Positions 47,717 through 62,458 of a stretch of 64,000 nt of DNA are shown piece after piece. How positions within the stretch are numbered: the stretch's first letter is position 1; every line of letters starts with the position of its first letter. The DNA is from Phoronis australis (Eukaryota; Animalia; Phoronida), in NCBI GenBank assembly GCA_002633005.1, contig NMRA01000275.1, forward strand, positions 395,827 to 459,826, written 5' to 3'. Under the pieces are notes generated by a model. That model saw nothing but the letters and a program-made list of their open reading frames with translations. It did not search any database and was not told the origin of the DNA. Both the position numbers and the translations under genes were made by a program.

Positions 47717-50700
47717 ATGTCTTCTTCGGCTAAAACGAAAAAGTCTCTTGCAGTGAGGTTAGTGCATAAGCTAAATGCTTTTGTGGGATATTTGATTTGA
47801 ATTGTCAACTCTCAATTTGTACATGTACGTCTTTTGACGATTTGTACATGTGTGGTACAGTACTCTGTGCTATGGACACTGACCACCGTCTCTAGTTGGC
47901 TCAATAGAGACCGTATATGTGCTATAGGCGCTTCATACGACAGGAGTTTTTCAGAGAATTATGCCTCACACCGACTAACACATCAAAGTCATCTTGTTAT
48001 AAATACCTTATGCGCATAGATCGAGGGACACCTTAGTTTCAAGGTGGCTGTTTGAAGTCATTAATTCCTTCCAACTTGAACAAATACTCCCGTTATCAAA
48101 CTTTTTCTTTGAGCTGTCCTTCGTTCAGGTCCCAAAATCAGTAACTGCCCATTTTTAACACTGCCCTTGGCAGGTGGTATGATGTTATATCCCCTACTGG
48201 CCCTAGCAAGGCCTAGTGTATACAGTGTAGCTCATTGACTTGAAGCTATTTGGTGGTTAGTCATTGATAAGCAAATGTCCGTGCGGGTTCTCTGGAGACC
48301 TCATGGTTTGAGGGAGTCATTTAAATCGTAGTTTGTGGAGTGTGGCAGGTGTTGTTGGTACAAGAACAAAACAATATATGATTGAACTGCAGTTGCTGGG
48401 CTTATTATTTATTTGTGAAATGCGAACCTGTGACACATCTGAGTCAGTAACTCACAATAGAGGTTGTAACTGAAAGAATGTGGATTTGGGGGGGGGGGGN
48501 NNNNNNNNNNNNNNNNNNNNNNNNNNNNNNNNNNNNNNNNGGGGGGTGTGTGATCAGGAATCTTGTTAAAGGGCATCATGCAGATGAGTGAAAATCGTGT
48601 GAAGACACTGCGCTGTACAAAAACGGATTTTTAATGACATGTCATGTTCCCAGAATATTTCATTGTGCCTCATCACTTCAATGCCTATAGTTATAGACCC
48701 TACTAGAATATTCAAGACATGTAACAGCATGGTACTCAACAACCAGTTTAATTTCAGCAAAAGAGGTCATGGAGCAAATGTATCCCGACGCAGTGTTGTT
48801 ATTGATCCAACCAATAAGAGCAAAGCGCTCTCGACACGAACTACATTTTCCCGTACAGCTTTGTCGTCCAAAAGTGGCCGACATGGAGGCTCTGATAAAG
48901 GAGATAGAGTTATCACTGCTCATCGACCACCAGTTACTGTAAGAGTTTTCATATCAGCTCTGTTTTTCCTTTGTTTGATTAATATGTTTGTCTCTGTTTT
49001 TATTAAGGCAAATCGTTATCTTAATGTTGGTGTTTTGTTGTAGTTATATAACTCAGTTACTAGGGCCTTGGATGTCTCAATGCTGAGGTTGAAAATCTTG
49101 ACTGGCCCCATTCCTTCTACAACAATTTCAGTAATACCAATCAAGGCACTTTATCTTGGAGTTAAGCATTGAGTGAAGAGGAATTTCTGTCTAGTTTGCT
49201 AATGTTTTTTAATTATGTACTCAAGTTCAAGAATTGGTGTACTTACAGTCATAAGTTTGAGGGACACCTTGTATGCCAAGAAAGAAAAGTCACCATGTTG
49301 AAAGAATAGAGTGCATTGATAAGATCTTGGATGTCAAATATTCGTTTGTGCTTTATTGTTATAGGTGATGAATGATCAAGGAATGGATGTGACACCCCAG
49401 CCTCTTCTTCATCTTGACCCAAGCGTTGTGAGGTCAAAGAATCCTAGCAACCTGATTGGTGTAGGGGAGAGCACTGCTGGAACAGTAAGCAAATCTGGCA
49501 TCTTAAAAAAATACTTGAATGTTTGAATATTGACTTTGAACATAAGCAGCCTCTATGAGAAATGAACCTCGAAATTAACCGTGATTGTGTCTTGTCTGTG
49601 GCCAGCACACTCAACGGATTAACTACCCGAGTCGTGGGGTGGTGGCAAAAAACAAGACAATCGTTGGTCATGTTATAAGCATTAGAATTCACCCAAAATC
49701 AATATTTTCTTTGACCAAAACGTGTGTTTCTGGTTGAGATGTTTGATTCTGTGTTTGTACGAAGAATATAGTTTATTTCACTGTAAAATCTCAACAGATG
49801 TTCACTTTGGTTGGCTGTTGATGGTGGAGAAGTGAAATTATTGTATTGTCTCATTTTTCCACAAAATGTGTGTAGCACTTAACTAATGCTTTTCCGTGTT
49901 TAAGTGTGTGCCCAAGCTATGACCAGACAATTATGAAAATTTGTTTGCGTCATGCAACAACAATATTAGAAGTCCTTGAAAAATAAACTGCCATCTTGGC
50001 AATTAATTTATATGAAATTAATGAGATTTCACCATAGTTGCAACTAATTACAGAAGTGAATAAAAAGCCATTGTAAATAGAATCAATTGTCTTGTTTTAT
50101 TAACAGGGCTATTTTGAACTTATGAGAGTGTGTGATTAATCACAGCCAAGGTGACATCTATTGCCCCATTGCAAAACCATGCATCATTACTAGGATGCTA
50201 TTCCTCGAAAGAAAACTTACTACTCCTCACTGATTAAATTCAAATTATAGACCAGGGGTCCATGTTATTAAAAGTTATAAGTCAGATTGTGGCCAAGGGT
50301 GACTGTCGTAATCTCTTGTTATGGTAAACGCGACATTTTGTTTTTACCTGAGTGAAATGTTGTAACTGACATTCAAACTTTATGAGCTACAATAACAAAC
50401 TTGCAACTTAAAATTGGAGTTGTGACTGTCTTAGCTATATGACCTTGCAGCATTAGTAACTTTACGACTCTTCAAAGCACTAGATTATAAAATTGAAAGC
50501 CAGAGCAAAATAACCATAGTGTGAAAATTTTTATATTATGTGTAATATATATTTTCAGCCAACTGACCTTCAATCTGTAGCCTCGTTTTATCAGACAGGA
50601 ACATTGAATGCGAGCACATTTGGGGGTGGACCATTCACCAGGTATAGTAACTAATCCTGAACTAAGCAAAGCATTTTGCCCGTAATGAGTTTTAAAACTT

Positions 50701-53700
50701 AATACCTGATGTCTCTTTGTGCCAAAAAGTCGTGCAAGACAATTTTTTCCTAAACTTGTTTGTAATAAAGCAATAGTTATCATTGTAGAATAAAAGTACA
50801 ACTTCCTGTAAATATGTTGTGGATTTAAGTCTTTAGAGTCTGATAGCATTTTGAGTTTGGTAGGTGTGCGTGCTTTTGTGCTATGCAAGGATTTTACCGT
50901 GATAGTAATTTGCCCAATTTTACAGTCCAGACCTGAATGCTAACGTATGCCACAGGAATAGGCCAAGGTTTAACTTCTGTGTGTTTTTATGTATCTCAGT
51001 TACATATAGTTCTGTCATTAATGTAGAATTTTGTTCATTATTCAACATATTGTCTTGTGTGAATTTTATTATCTTTAATATAGGTTCACGAAAATACATT
51101 GAGTCTAAGAATTTCACTGTTAGTATATTTTCAAGGGAATGGTTCAAATAAAGCATGCTGTGGCTTAAGTTTCTGAGTGAAGTTGAGTTTGAAGACTATC
51201 CCTTTCCTAACAACTGGTCAATTGGCTTTCTATTAGAAATATGCCATTTTCTACCATTTCATTCTTTACAAGGAAACCTGAAAATTTTGAGAGTGTGGTT
51301 TGCTAGTTTGCTGGTGAACGCTCACTGCATTAACAAATGTGAATGAAGTTGATAGAACTTAGCCTGTTACTTAATGACATTATTTCAGGTGAACGACACT
51401 TGCAAATGTTCATACAGTTTTGGGAATTTGATGTTTTGTGCATATGTTTAATCAACTGTGTCACTTGATTGATCATTGTGATACGTTCAAAATGTTTTTA
51501 ACACCCACATAGTTCTATGCCCAGCTGTTTTGGCATTTCAGTTTTTATCTCAATGGAAACATTTGAATACTGCTCATCGTATTTGTATGATGTTAGTTCA
51601 CGAAAATATTAGACTAGAAATAAACTTTTTATCAATTCTGACTAATCCAGCTCCCCTGGTGGCAACATTGTTTTTATAGCAGCCATAAAACCACCTTATG
51701 ACAGAAATTATCTTTTTATTCAGACTACTTACCGTATTGTTCTTTAATCAAATTAAAAATGAAAAACAAAAACGACACAGTAGAGTGCAGCATGAAAATG
51801 ATGTTTTGATTTTAGGCAAATATTATCCTCAGGTACAATATCATCCTCAGGTACAATATCCTCATGTACAATATTATCCTCAGGTACAATATCCTCAGGT
51901 ACAATATCATCCTCGGGTACAATATCATCCTCGGGTACAATATCATCCTCGGGTACAATATCATCCTCGGGTACAATATCATCCTCGGGTACAATATCAT
52001 CCTCGGGTACAATATCATCCTCGGGTACAATATCATCCTCAGGTACAAAAGTCAAACAGAATAGAGCAGAATAACAGAATGCTCGCTTCTCAGTACTTGA
52101 CACGGGATCTCTCAACTCTAGCCTATATACTCCAATATTCTTATTGAGTGACTTCTAAGCATGGAGAGTCTGTATGTGCGTGAATAGCCTCACAAATTAA
52201 GAGTTTAATATTAAGTTATTGTCATGATCATGTTTTCCACGTTGCCTCTAATATAGCCAAAAAACTAGGTGTTAGTCGGTACAAGTTGGTTTGTTGGGGC
52301 GAGTGATTTTATGTGCCCTGCATGTTCTCAATTGTAATAACCTTAACTGTTCTTTGCAAACCCTGAAATCACTTCTCATCTGAGTTTGGAACAAGTTGAG
52401 TCCAATTTTATTGTGGAAGTGATCAGATCGAAAAATTTTGTTTATTGGACAGAATGTGAGTTTAAAGTAGTCTATTTTTATTTAATGAAATTGATTACAT
52501 TGGGACATGATAATTGAGTTAAAAGTTTTGTCGGCGTGCTTCATTTGAGTGATTGCAGTAGGAGCTCAACTATAAAAAGTAGGCAGTTTTCAAACCATGT
52601 TTCAGTGTCAAAACCAATTTCCTCACAGACATATTTGTTTATTCAAAGCAATGGCCGCACATTCTTATCCGCTGAATAGAAATTAGTTGCAATAAAATGC
52701 CTGCAATTCACTTTAAGTTGATTATGCTTCGGTGGATGAAACGAAAGCGCTGTAACACACAACTTTTTAGCTCTCAGTTCTTCTCAAGTCTACAGACAAG
52801 ACGAGGCCGATTTTGTGGCCTTAGTAAGTTTTTGACTGAAGATGTAGATTTATTACATCACTGTCTTAGTGGATTTTCTCAAATGTTTGGATGAACTATT
52901 TATTACAGATCCGTCTTCAGCCACTCAATGTCAGAAAAGGACACAGAATCAATTGCCGAAGAGTTTGGAGATCCGACCCATGGTGCAGAGCTGACCTCTT
53001 GGGGAGGTAATGGGATTTAAAACAGTTTTGGTTATTGGTCCATCCTTAATATTTGTATTAATGATGATGTTTATTTTGTAGTTGAGGCTTCCGGCCCTTA
53101 TACACAATTATACGATAAATTACAAAAACTTGCATACCTTCATCATCTTTTCTGCTACCAGGTGCTAACAAATACTTATAGCTAAATTTATATCACACTT
53201 CAGCATAACATTTTAGGTAAGTTCACAGTTCATGGTTACAATCTTGAAAGTTGTTCTTAATTTGTCAAAAGTAGACACTAAATTCAAAAATGATATTTGT
53301 CTTCTACAACGTGTAGGTTGTCATAAGAAAGACCAGACTTAGATTGTTTGTGATTAGAAAGATTCGTTAATTGTAGTAACCACTGCTTTGTGCTTTACTA
53401 ACATAAGCAACATCTGTTTGTTACATAACAGTTATCTCCAGTTGCTAATACCGATGTAGTAGACATGACTACCAATGTAGTATAGATAGGACTACCGTAG
53501 TAGTTATGACAACCGATGTAGATATGACTACCAGTGTAGTAGGTATGACTACCAAATGTAGTAGACATGACTGCCAATGTAGTAGGGAAAACCTAAACTT
53601 TTGTTTTGGCGAATGACTGGCTTCCACATTTCATGAGCAACTCATGCTCAAGAAATTTATGGGGATTAGTGATGCATTAGTGTTAAAATTAATTGGTATT

Positions 53701-56700
53701 TAGGTAAATACCGCCGCCAACATCGTCAGGAGGGTGAGTCTCAAAACAGGAATTTCTTGTGATTGCAACATTTAAAAATAAGAAGTTCTGTTATGCCTAC
53801 TCTTTGCATTTCAAATATTCGGTTGTTCTTTTGTTCGTATTGTTTATTTGCATTCAAGTAATTTTCATGCACCCACATATTTATATGTGGACGCATTATC
53901 TCGTCATCTCCGTCCGTCCGTACGGCGTCTGCTACTCTATCTCCAAAACACCTTGTCGACATATGTTCATGAAATTTTTCACATGTGTTTCTTCTGTGGA
54001 TGGGACGACATAAGTGAACTTTTGGACAGATTCGACTACTGGTGTGCCCCCTATTGGCAATTTTAGTTTTATATGTTTACCTCAGTCTGTATCTTCAAAA
54101 GTCCTCAACCGATTTTCATAAATTTTGGTACATAGGCACCTATCAGTGAGATGATGCTGTCCTTTCATTTTTGGATGGATTTGACGTAGTTTGTGCCACC
54201 TAGTGGCCTTTTTTACTGCTTTTGAATCTGTTTGTTTGTGTCTACCCCTTTATCAACCAAACTGCTCAAAGGATGATTGTAAAAATTGGCATTTGTGTTC
54301 TTACTATGAAGTGGGCGGCTGCCGATGATTTTCCGACAATTTTGAGTACTGTGGCAGTTTTTTTTTTTTTGCGCCTGTGGCTGTATCTCCTAAATCGTTT
54401 GCAGGATTTTTACTCAATTTAGTAAGTGCATTTATGTGATGTTAACAACAGACGACGGTAACTTTCAGACAGATCTGACCACTGGTGTGCCACCTAGTGG
54501 CAATTTTTTTATTTACGTTTACCTCTGTGTCTTCAAAGGTCCTCAACGTATTTTCATAAACTTTGAACTTCAGACATATGTTTATGAGGCGACGCTATCT
54601 CTTTGTTTTCAGATGGATTCGACCTAGTTTGTGCCACCTAGTGGCCATTTTTACTGCTTTTGAGTCTGTTTTTTGGTGTTCACTCGTCTATCAACCAAAC
54701 CACTGTTAGGATAATTGTGAAAATTGGCATGTATGTTTTTACTATGAAGTGGACGGCTGACGATGATCTCCTAAACCGTTTGCAGGATCTTTACTTAATT
54801 TGGCAAGTGTATTTATATGATGTTAACAATGGTCGACGACAACTTTTAGACTGATCTGACTACTGGTGTGCCCCCCTAGTGGCAATTTTAGTTTTTACGT
54901 TTATCTCAGAGTCTGTATCTTCAAAATCCTCAATGGATTTTCATAAAATTTAGTATATGGGCATCTATTAGTGAGATGACATTGTCCTCCAGTTTTCTGA
55001 TGGATTTGACGTCATTTGGGCCACAGAGTGGCCATTTTTACTGTTTTCGAGTCTGTTTTTTGTGTCCACCTCTTTATCAACCAAATCATTCTAGGGATGG
55101 TTTTGAAAACTGGCGTATATGTTATCAGTGTGAAGAGGATGTTTGATGATGGCAACTGACTACTGTGGCACCCATAGCTGTATCTCCTAAACCCACTGCA
55201 GGATCTTTATTAAATGTAGTAGGTGTGTTTATATGAAGATAACAACAGACGATGACAACTTTTAGGCGGATCCAACGGATGTTGTGCCCACAAGTGGCAA
55301 TTTCATTTTATTCTGTTTTCCTTTGTTTCTCTGAAGTTCCTTGACAGATTTTTATTAAATATGGCATGTTCCCTTTTTGTATTGTTTGTACATTTTGCAC
55401 CATCTAGTGGCCATTTTTATAATGCAAATAAATAACCCTAAAAGCACACCATTTGCAATATGCATTCGTGGGCGCATTCCAACGCTCTGTGTTGCTCTTG
55501 TTTCCAAAGGGAAACATGGAGATGTTTTGTAACTGTGACTTTAGGCTGAATTCATTGTGCAGTGAATAATACAGCAAGAAGGTACCCAATCTTTGATAAC
55601 CTCTTTAATTGAAACTTTTTTGTAATCTTGTTAATCGGGAACTATGTTTGCACTTTGTTACACTTTTGTCACCCACCTACAGGTGTCGCACTGTAATAGC
55701 GGGTGTCAAATTGACACTCAACATGCATTGCCCATGAAAGTGACTATTGCCACTTTTATCATTTGTTCAACTTGACTGCCATTCTAAGAGGTCATTTGCA
55801 ATTCTAGAAATCCGCCATCAGCGTGAGGACGTTCCTGAGGAGCTGAGTGAAAGTGACTTACTTCAAGTGGTGGATATTAATCTATCTGAGACGGACACTA
55901 TTTGGATGTTGGACATTCCTGCCACAAAGATCTCATCTGAGACAGATGAGGCACAGGCAGTGACCGAGAGGAATAATAAGTACAAAGAGGTGATGGAGAA
56001 TAGATTTCTTATTTTCTCTGACTTGATAGCAATAAATTTTACTTAGAGTAAAGTTTCCTCGTACTCAAGAAAAACAACTTTCTAAAATTGTCATTATCCC
56101 GATATCCAAAAGCTCACTACATTGTTCAAGATGCTTAAATTTTTATCTTGTATTTGTTGGTGACAATAGTACAATATAAACTGTACAAATAATGAGTTTT
56201 ATTTTTGTTTTTGTTTAAAGTTTCAATGAAATATTCAAATTTTAATGTTCCGCCATATCATGTTGGTAATTGAAGAAAGTTTAGCTTACTCAGACACTTG
56301 TTGTTTGGAGAGAAGTGGTTGATTCTCTAAATAACCTGTTGCCTGAGTAAATGGTGTTTATTTATCAAGCGCATAAATAAATTTTTTGAAAAGAAAGTAC
56401 TATCTGCAATTTTTACCAAATAGCAAATAAGAAACTTTTTGACTAATTAGTACAACAAACACGGAGGTTGTTTGTGTGAAGTTAAATTTTAATTGATGGA
56501 GTTTTTCTTTTCAGCTGTGCAAGAGTCGGGCAGGAAATGACATGTACGCAGAGCGAGGAATGAACACGTACAATGATCCACCCAAACTCAAGCACATACA
56601 GACGACAAAGATTGTACATTCCGTATGTAAACTCTTTGAGTCTTGCTTACGCGTTTGATTGAAATACTCATTTTGTATGGAAAACAAAGTTAACTAGAAT

Positions 56701-59700
56701 ACACTTGAAGAAGATAGAACTCCACCACATAAATGTTCATTTTTTATTTACTGTGCTTTGTTTAAGTCAATATGTTGGTATCGTGATGTAAATTTTATGT
56801 TTTAACTGTTTGTAGCTGAGTCCATGCCACTCCTGGATCTGCATTAGTTATGTTTGCAGCCTTAGATGTGAGTGCATGCGGGGAATGTAGTATTCATTCC
56901 TGACGATTGTAGGCAATGGAAGCGTTAGGAATATTGTTACAATAAATGTAATGGTCTTTTCTGGTCTTAGTGATGAGACTTATGTTTCATTGTTTTCAGG
57001 ATGTGGGTGTGACTGCCACCAATTTTGACATGTTTGATTCGTATCAACTGGCCGCTCAACTCGAGGAACAAGGTGAAGTAGGGGATGGTAGTGGGGGCAG
57101 GGCTGGGATTTCTGGTTGGGAGGTACAATACAAGGCCAAAGTAATCACACAAAATACTGTTTCCCCTTCATGATGCTTTATTCAGTTAACAAAATAACTG
57201 GTAACAACTATTACGGGGTGCAAAATTACAATTACAGATTTGCTTAGCCACCTTTCTAAAACTCACCTTCATTCTCAGTCACGAGGGAAAACCACTCTGA
57301 CATTGAATTGTGATGCATGATGGGGGAATTATGAGTCATTTTATCTGAATGCATTTGGTATGTGTTATAGGTGGCTGACAGACTCTGGTTCAACTTTGAC
57401 CTGGTCTGTTTTATTTGCCAAACGCCTTGATTAACCTTGGTGAGATGTAGCAGACATTGGGACATCATCTGCCAATTTTTGTCCGCCTTTTACTTTCGGA
57501 GCATTTTCAGGTTCTTTTTCTCAAAAGCAGCTATGAATTTGGTTTGACATTTCATAATATCCATCTCTATATTTGATATAATTTGGTTTATAAGGTTCTT
57601 TCAATTTGTGTTTAGCTAAATGCGACTGCTCCTTGGCCTGTTTCTTGAAGAGTCTATAGCCAAGAGTTGATTTTCTGTCTCTTGTCTTTAGCTTTTGGTC
57701 TGTTCCTGAGCATTATACAGATGTCTGTTGTAGACAGATTTTCTAATGTTTAGCTTAAGCCTGTTATGAAACAACTAGGCTAAGCCATCCGTGGATTTTT
57801 AGCCAAATGACATGATGATAGACTCTTCGAGAAACAACCTTCTGGAGTTGAACTCCACTTGTTTTGTATGAAACTTGTAAACATCCCTAGTAAAAGCCGT
57901 TTGCTATGCACCAACTAGGCCACAGATCTTGTTATGTTTATTATTCTACTCACCTTGTGTTCAGTGTTCAATAGATACTTACAAGGTGGGGCTTATGAAG
58001 AGAAGTCTCTTTTTAACAAATGAATAGACTGGGAGCAGAAAGCACTTCATCAGCATGCTGGTATGTGTGTGATAAGGGTCCCACACAATTACTTGATTGC
58101 AGGCATTTCTATGGGTAGGACATTTGCTGCACATTCTCCACCTACTGAATTTTGAGTTCCCTTTTATAGCTAATACCTAAGTATTGATCTATTACTGTAG
58201 CGAAGAGTCCTTTGTGAGCTTAAATTCTTTACTATTTTTGTTTACAGAAAAGCAGAAATCTGCTGATGAATCAAAAGGTGAAGAAATTGAGGAGCATGTT
58301 TCTGCCACAGGCGAGACCAAAATAGTTCGCTTGACAGAAACCGTTGTGACTAACCTAAAGAAAGAAGGGCCAACCAAGAGGGTGGGCACGGCTAACACCC
58401 AATCGCTGAATGCCACTGGTAAGGTCACAATACTGGGGCTAGTGCAGTCGTAGTTTATTAATTAGCCTGATTATGTTCCATTTCAGTTGGAAGTATGTGC
58501 ACCTTAAAGTTATTGGCCAGGACTTTTCTTTTTCAAACAGGATCAAAAATAAAGTTGTTTCGCTCAGTGGTGACATTGTTATCGTAGTATGCAAATAGGA
58601 ATCACAGTAGTCAACATCATTTCCAAACAAATGAACTCACTGGTCAATATCAATAACTTATTCCACAAAGCAAATACAGCCAATGGGTTTCCTCTGTTTG
58701 TTTGAAAACTGCCATATCAAGCCTTTCAGTCGTTTTATCTGCTTATTTGCTGACTATGGTGTCTTGGGAGCAATTATTTAAATATGGAATCCATTGCTGG
58801 CTTTGTTGAACACGGTTTGTGAACAGTGTTGCAACAGCAATTGGAATGTCTGGGGAACTTAACTTTTCCTCTGCATTCTATATGTTTTGTTATTGTCCAA
58901 ATTTTTTATTTTATTATCTATCTAAAGGAACTGTAAATGCTATGTCTGACAATCACGCAGAAGTTCCTTACAAGCTTAACATTTTATTCACACGCCATGC
59001 AACGTCACTGCTATGTACAATAATGCAAGTACATAGGACCTGAGAATTTTGTAAGGCAGTTCATCTGCAGTGTCATGGTTGTAAGGTTGGCCTGCATTAT
59101 TCCTGAATATTTGGTGATCCTTGATAAGTGTTGAACCAGAAATTTTAAATGAGTTCATTAGTTACTATTGTTTCTCTAAACTAGGTACAGCATCAATTCT
59201 ATCGACGTACCGTAAGTGAAAATTTCATCCATTGTTGAACTGTTTGTGTCACATGTACAATGTAAAGCAGCTTTCTATTGATATTGTATTGTAATTCAGT
59301 GACTATTTGTCATAGTTAATTTTTTAAGTTAGACTGCTAACCAAGGTCTTAACCCGTTTTTGCTTACTCGTATTAGAAGTGAATCCTGTGATTAGGATGA
59401 TCCCAAGCGCCAACCAACTGCCCGTTTTGCCAAAAAAGCATACTAGTTGATTTTGGACTCTACTTTTTTTAAATTGAGTCTATGGTGACGTATTTATTTT
59501 TATTTAGTTATTCACTTTTTCAAAAAAATACACTCGAGGCAAGCAAAAATGGTCCTTTTGCTCATCACTTTGCACGTCGTGGCCTTTGAAACCTTGCTTG
59601 CTCTTGCCTATATGTCTTTGTACAAAACAAAAACTGACTGAAATTGATACGGGCGGGCATTTTTTAGTTGGTAAACAGAAGTCTCAAAATGAGTTGCAAT

Positions 59701-62458
59701 AGAGACAAGAACCTACAATGCTTTTTATGGCCGCCTTATTCTCATGTCCAGAAATTATCATGTTCAGTTTGAGTATCAGTGAAGTTGAATCTACTATTAA
59801 TATAACAACCTGTGATCAAAATTTAACAGAATGTGCATACATAACACCTTTTTAAGCCACTGCCTGTTTGCCTGTGTTGCCTTGTGTTTAATTGTTACCA
59901 GTTTTTCAACTCTACTTTGCATTAGTTAGGAGTGAGTTGCTTAAAGACTAGGACTAAATGAGAGATTTGAGTTTTATGGGGCTGTTGCGAAATGCAAAAC
60001 CTTTGATAATAAGCTTACAAGACCTTGGATAACGAGCTTGCAAGATCTTGGATGATAAACTTGTAAGGCTTTAGACAATAAGCAAAACCTTACGTAATAA
60101 CCTCGCAAAACCTTAATTGGCACACTGCTGAGTCCCCATTAAGTTGTAAGCAACTCGTCTCTTCTCCCATTATGCAGTTGTGAGTAGGATTGCACAAAGT
60201 CTAGCAGTAAGTCTTAACAAAGCAAGTATCTTGCTTTTCAATGGATGGGATTTGTGTGTGTCTACTTATGGTAAGACCTCGGACAAAATTCAGGAATACT
60301 TTACTTTTGGTAAGGTTTATTCCATGTCTGGTATTATCAAAACAGTGTTATGGTTTTTATGAAATTTGACACAAAAGTATAAATGGGCCAATATTGATTT
60401 TGGAAGGTTCTAGCTACCTTGTCACCCCTTTGCCCATGTGATGATTTTTTGCTTTGACTGAACGATGTTTGAAGAAGCGTGTCTTAAAGTTGTGTGACGT
60501 GAATGGGCTGGCACTATTCCGTTTTTGTATCAGTATGAGCTCCTTAGAAATTTATATAATGTTCATTTTTGTTGTCTATTATTTGCAATATGTATTCATT
60601 GGTACATAATGTAAAATGTCTTGCAAAAGTTACAAAATATAATTTGAAGCTTAGTTGTTGGGGATACACCAGAGGGCGGGTCAGTGCTTTTCATGTTTCT
60701 TGTTCACTGTCTTTAAATGAAGAGCTACTGGTTATAGATCTGTCTAGGTGAGGTACATGCTGCCATATAAATTCAGGGACTTCAATGTTTCATAGCCATA
60801 AGACTTGTTTAATTTTATGGATGTAAATTTCTAGGACATTAATTGATAGTCAACTGATCATCTCTTTGTTTACCAATTATACAAAATTCATTCTTAAGCA
60901 ACGTAATTCTATATAATTTGAATGCTTAAATGCGTGTGCAGATGTGTGTGCGTGTGTGTGTGTGTGTGTTTGTGTGTTTGTGTGTGTGGTATTTTTGTTT
61001 TGTTATAAACATGCATATTATATATATTTTCATTAAAAAGATGTACTTGTTATTATTTTGAGAAATAATTTATTAAAAATTAAGACAGTCCCTGATTAAT
61101 ATGTTATAGTTCTGTAGTTCATTTTAGATTACAAAATTTTAAATTGTACCAGTCAGTTTTAATCTACTTTTTCTTTCTGCCAGAGTCGCGTGCCACGCAA
61201 TCATCGGCTACAGGGACCGACAGCGCTGTGGTAACCAGAGATCTAGAGGCAGAACTTATTGTGGACAGGAACGCAGAAATCCTCAAAGTACAATTAATTT
61301 TCTTTTCTACTTTTGGCTAATACATCTCTCAAGCTTATTACCAATTATGAAATTGTGTAACTGTTCTCATATGTTTACACATAATTCCACTCGATTAGTT
61401 TAATGTTAATTTTGACTCATCTGTTCATGGAAGTTATTGTAAGGTGCTGTATTGTCTAATCTATGTCTGGAAACATGCAATAAGCTCTTACAAGATGTGG
61501 TAACATCTCTCCAGTTTAGGACATAGTATGGGGGACTGGTGATAGATTATACTTGATCATTTTCTCATGAAAGACATAACATCTAATGAATGCTTTACCA
61601 AGTTTTGTGCCATAGCTACCATCAGAAAATGGCGTGAAAATTTGTGGCGTTTACAACAATGTTAAAAATCCTTGAAAAAATGAAGTGGCGTTGACCAAAT
61701 TTGATGCATTTTTACTATATCCAAAGGAGATGGTTTGCATAAGTCATGGGAAGATAGAATTAAGTAATGTTAACACACAATTGTCCCACTTCTTCATCAA
61801 ACAAATGATGATATCCACGAATACATGGGTCGAGTACAGAAATCAGTATACTTTACCTGTAGTACCTGATATAGCTATATTAAATAAGATTTTCATGAAT
61901 GTACTTGCCTTCATTTGCATGATTTATGAAATGTTTAACATATCCAGCTCTACAGTAGCTCCATTAAGTTCACTAGTCGTACATGTACAAGCATGGGTGA
62001 AAGCATCAAAATATTCTAATTGAAGTGCTTGGTAAGGAAGTTATAAAGCAAAGTCAGAATTTTGCATGATGGCAGCTGTAATTTGCATACCTGGTATTTT
62101 AAAACGTGCTCATGGTTGTCAAGATTACAACTCAGCTAAAACACTACAAGGGTCCATCTGAACATGAAACAGCCTAAAAATCTTAACCTAAGATTTCTAG
62201 GTACCTATTTGTGGCTAATGAACTAATCCATCGATATATTTAAGTTGTTATTTTGACATATAAATATTGGTTGCTTTAACCCTGTTACAATTTTAGTTGG
62301 TAATGACTTTTGTATGGCTGATGCCCTGACGCTGTTGTACCAATTTCTTTTCCAGTCTGAGAACTTAAAGAACTCTTTGTTCATTATGGAACGTGTGATC
62401 AACCTGAACACTTACCAACCAAAACAGGCGTCATATAGAGGGCTTAACATCGTTGTAG
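47717..62458 (+). CDS. DNAI4: Dynein axonemal intermediate chain 4 (WDR78/IC138 family), 5' part; WD40 region lies beyond the window
   Basis: Phase-compatible GT-AG exons: 47717-47757 (MSSSAKTKK), 48758-48938, 49365-49484 (VMNDQGMDVTPQPLLHLDP), 50559-50641 (GGPFTR), 52909-53006 (SVF..TESIAEE), 55808-55989 (VDINLSETDTIWMLDIP..VTERNNKYKE), 56515-56622 (LCKSRAGNDMYAERGMNTYN), 57000-57072 (ATNFDMFDSY), 58248-58418, 59185-59211, 61184-61287 (AEILK), 62356-62458 (SLFIMERVINLNTYQPKQASYR). These match remembered human WDR78 motifs (DVTPRPL, LCRNRLGNDLYVERMMQTFN, WDLYDSY, LFFMERV). The first exon and the low-complexity exons are less certain. Confidence 0.9.
51819..52047. repeat. 18-bp minisatellite (CCTCGGGTACAATATCAT)n
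   Basis: About 13 tandem units seen directly; intronic in DNAI4. Confidence 0.95.
53452..53585. repeat. Degenerate tandem repeat of about 22 bp (ATGACTACCAATGTAGTAGAC-like)
   Basis: About 6 imperfect units visible. Confidence 0.7.
53862..55503 (+). mobile_element. Non-autonomous Helentron-associated element (HINE/DINE-like) with about 4 internal 380-440 bp tandem repeats, in a DNAI4 intron
   Basis: 5' subTIR ATGCACCCAC, nearby inverted copy GTGGACGCAT and (CCGT)n seed at about 53910. Repeat units start near 54031, 54475, 54855 and 55271. 3' subTIR GTGGGCGCAT plus short hairpin CAAC..GTTG; flanked by T-tracts. Confidence 0.75.
60932..60988. repeat. (TG)n microsatellite
   Basis: Direct observation. 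Confidence 0.85.

Noticed and set aside
51698-52147. Repetitive ORFs (YHPRVQ)n and (PEDDIV)n on both strands
   Set aside because: Artefact of an 18-bp stop-free minisatellite inside a DNAI4 intron; not needed for the spliced gene.
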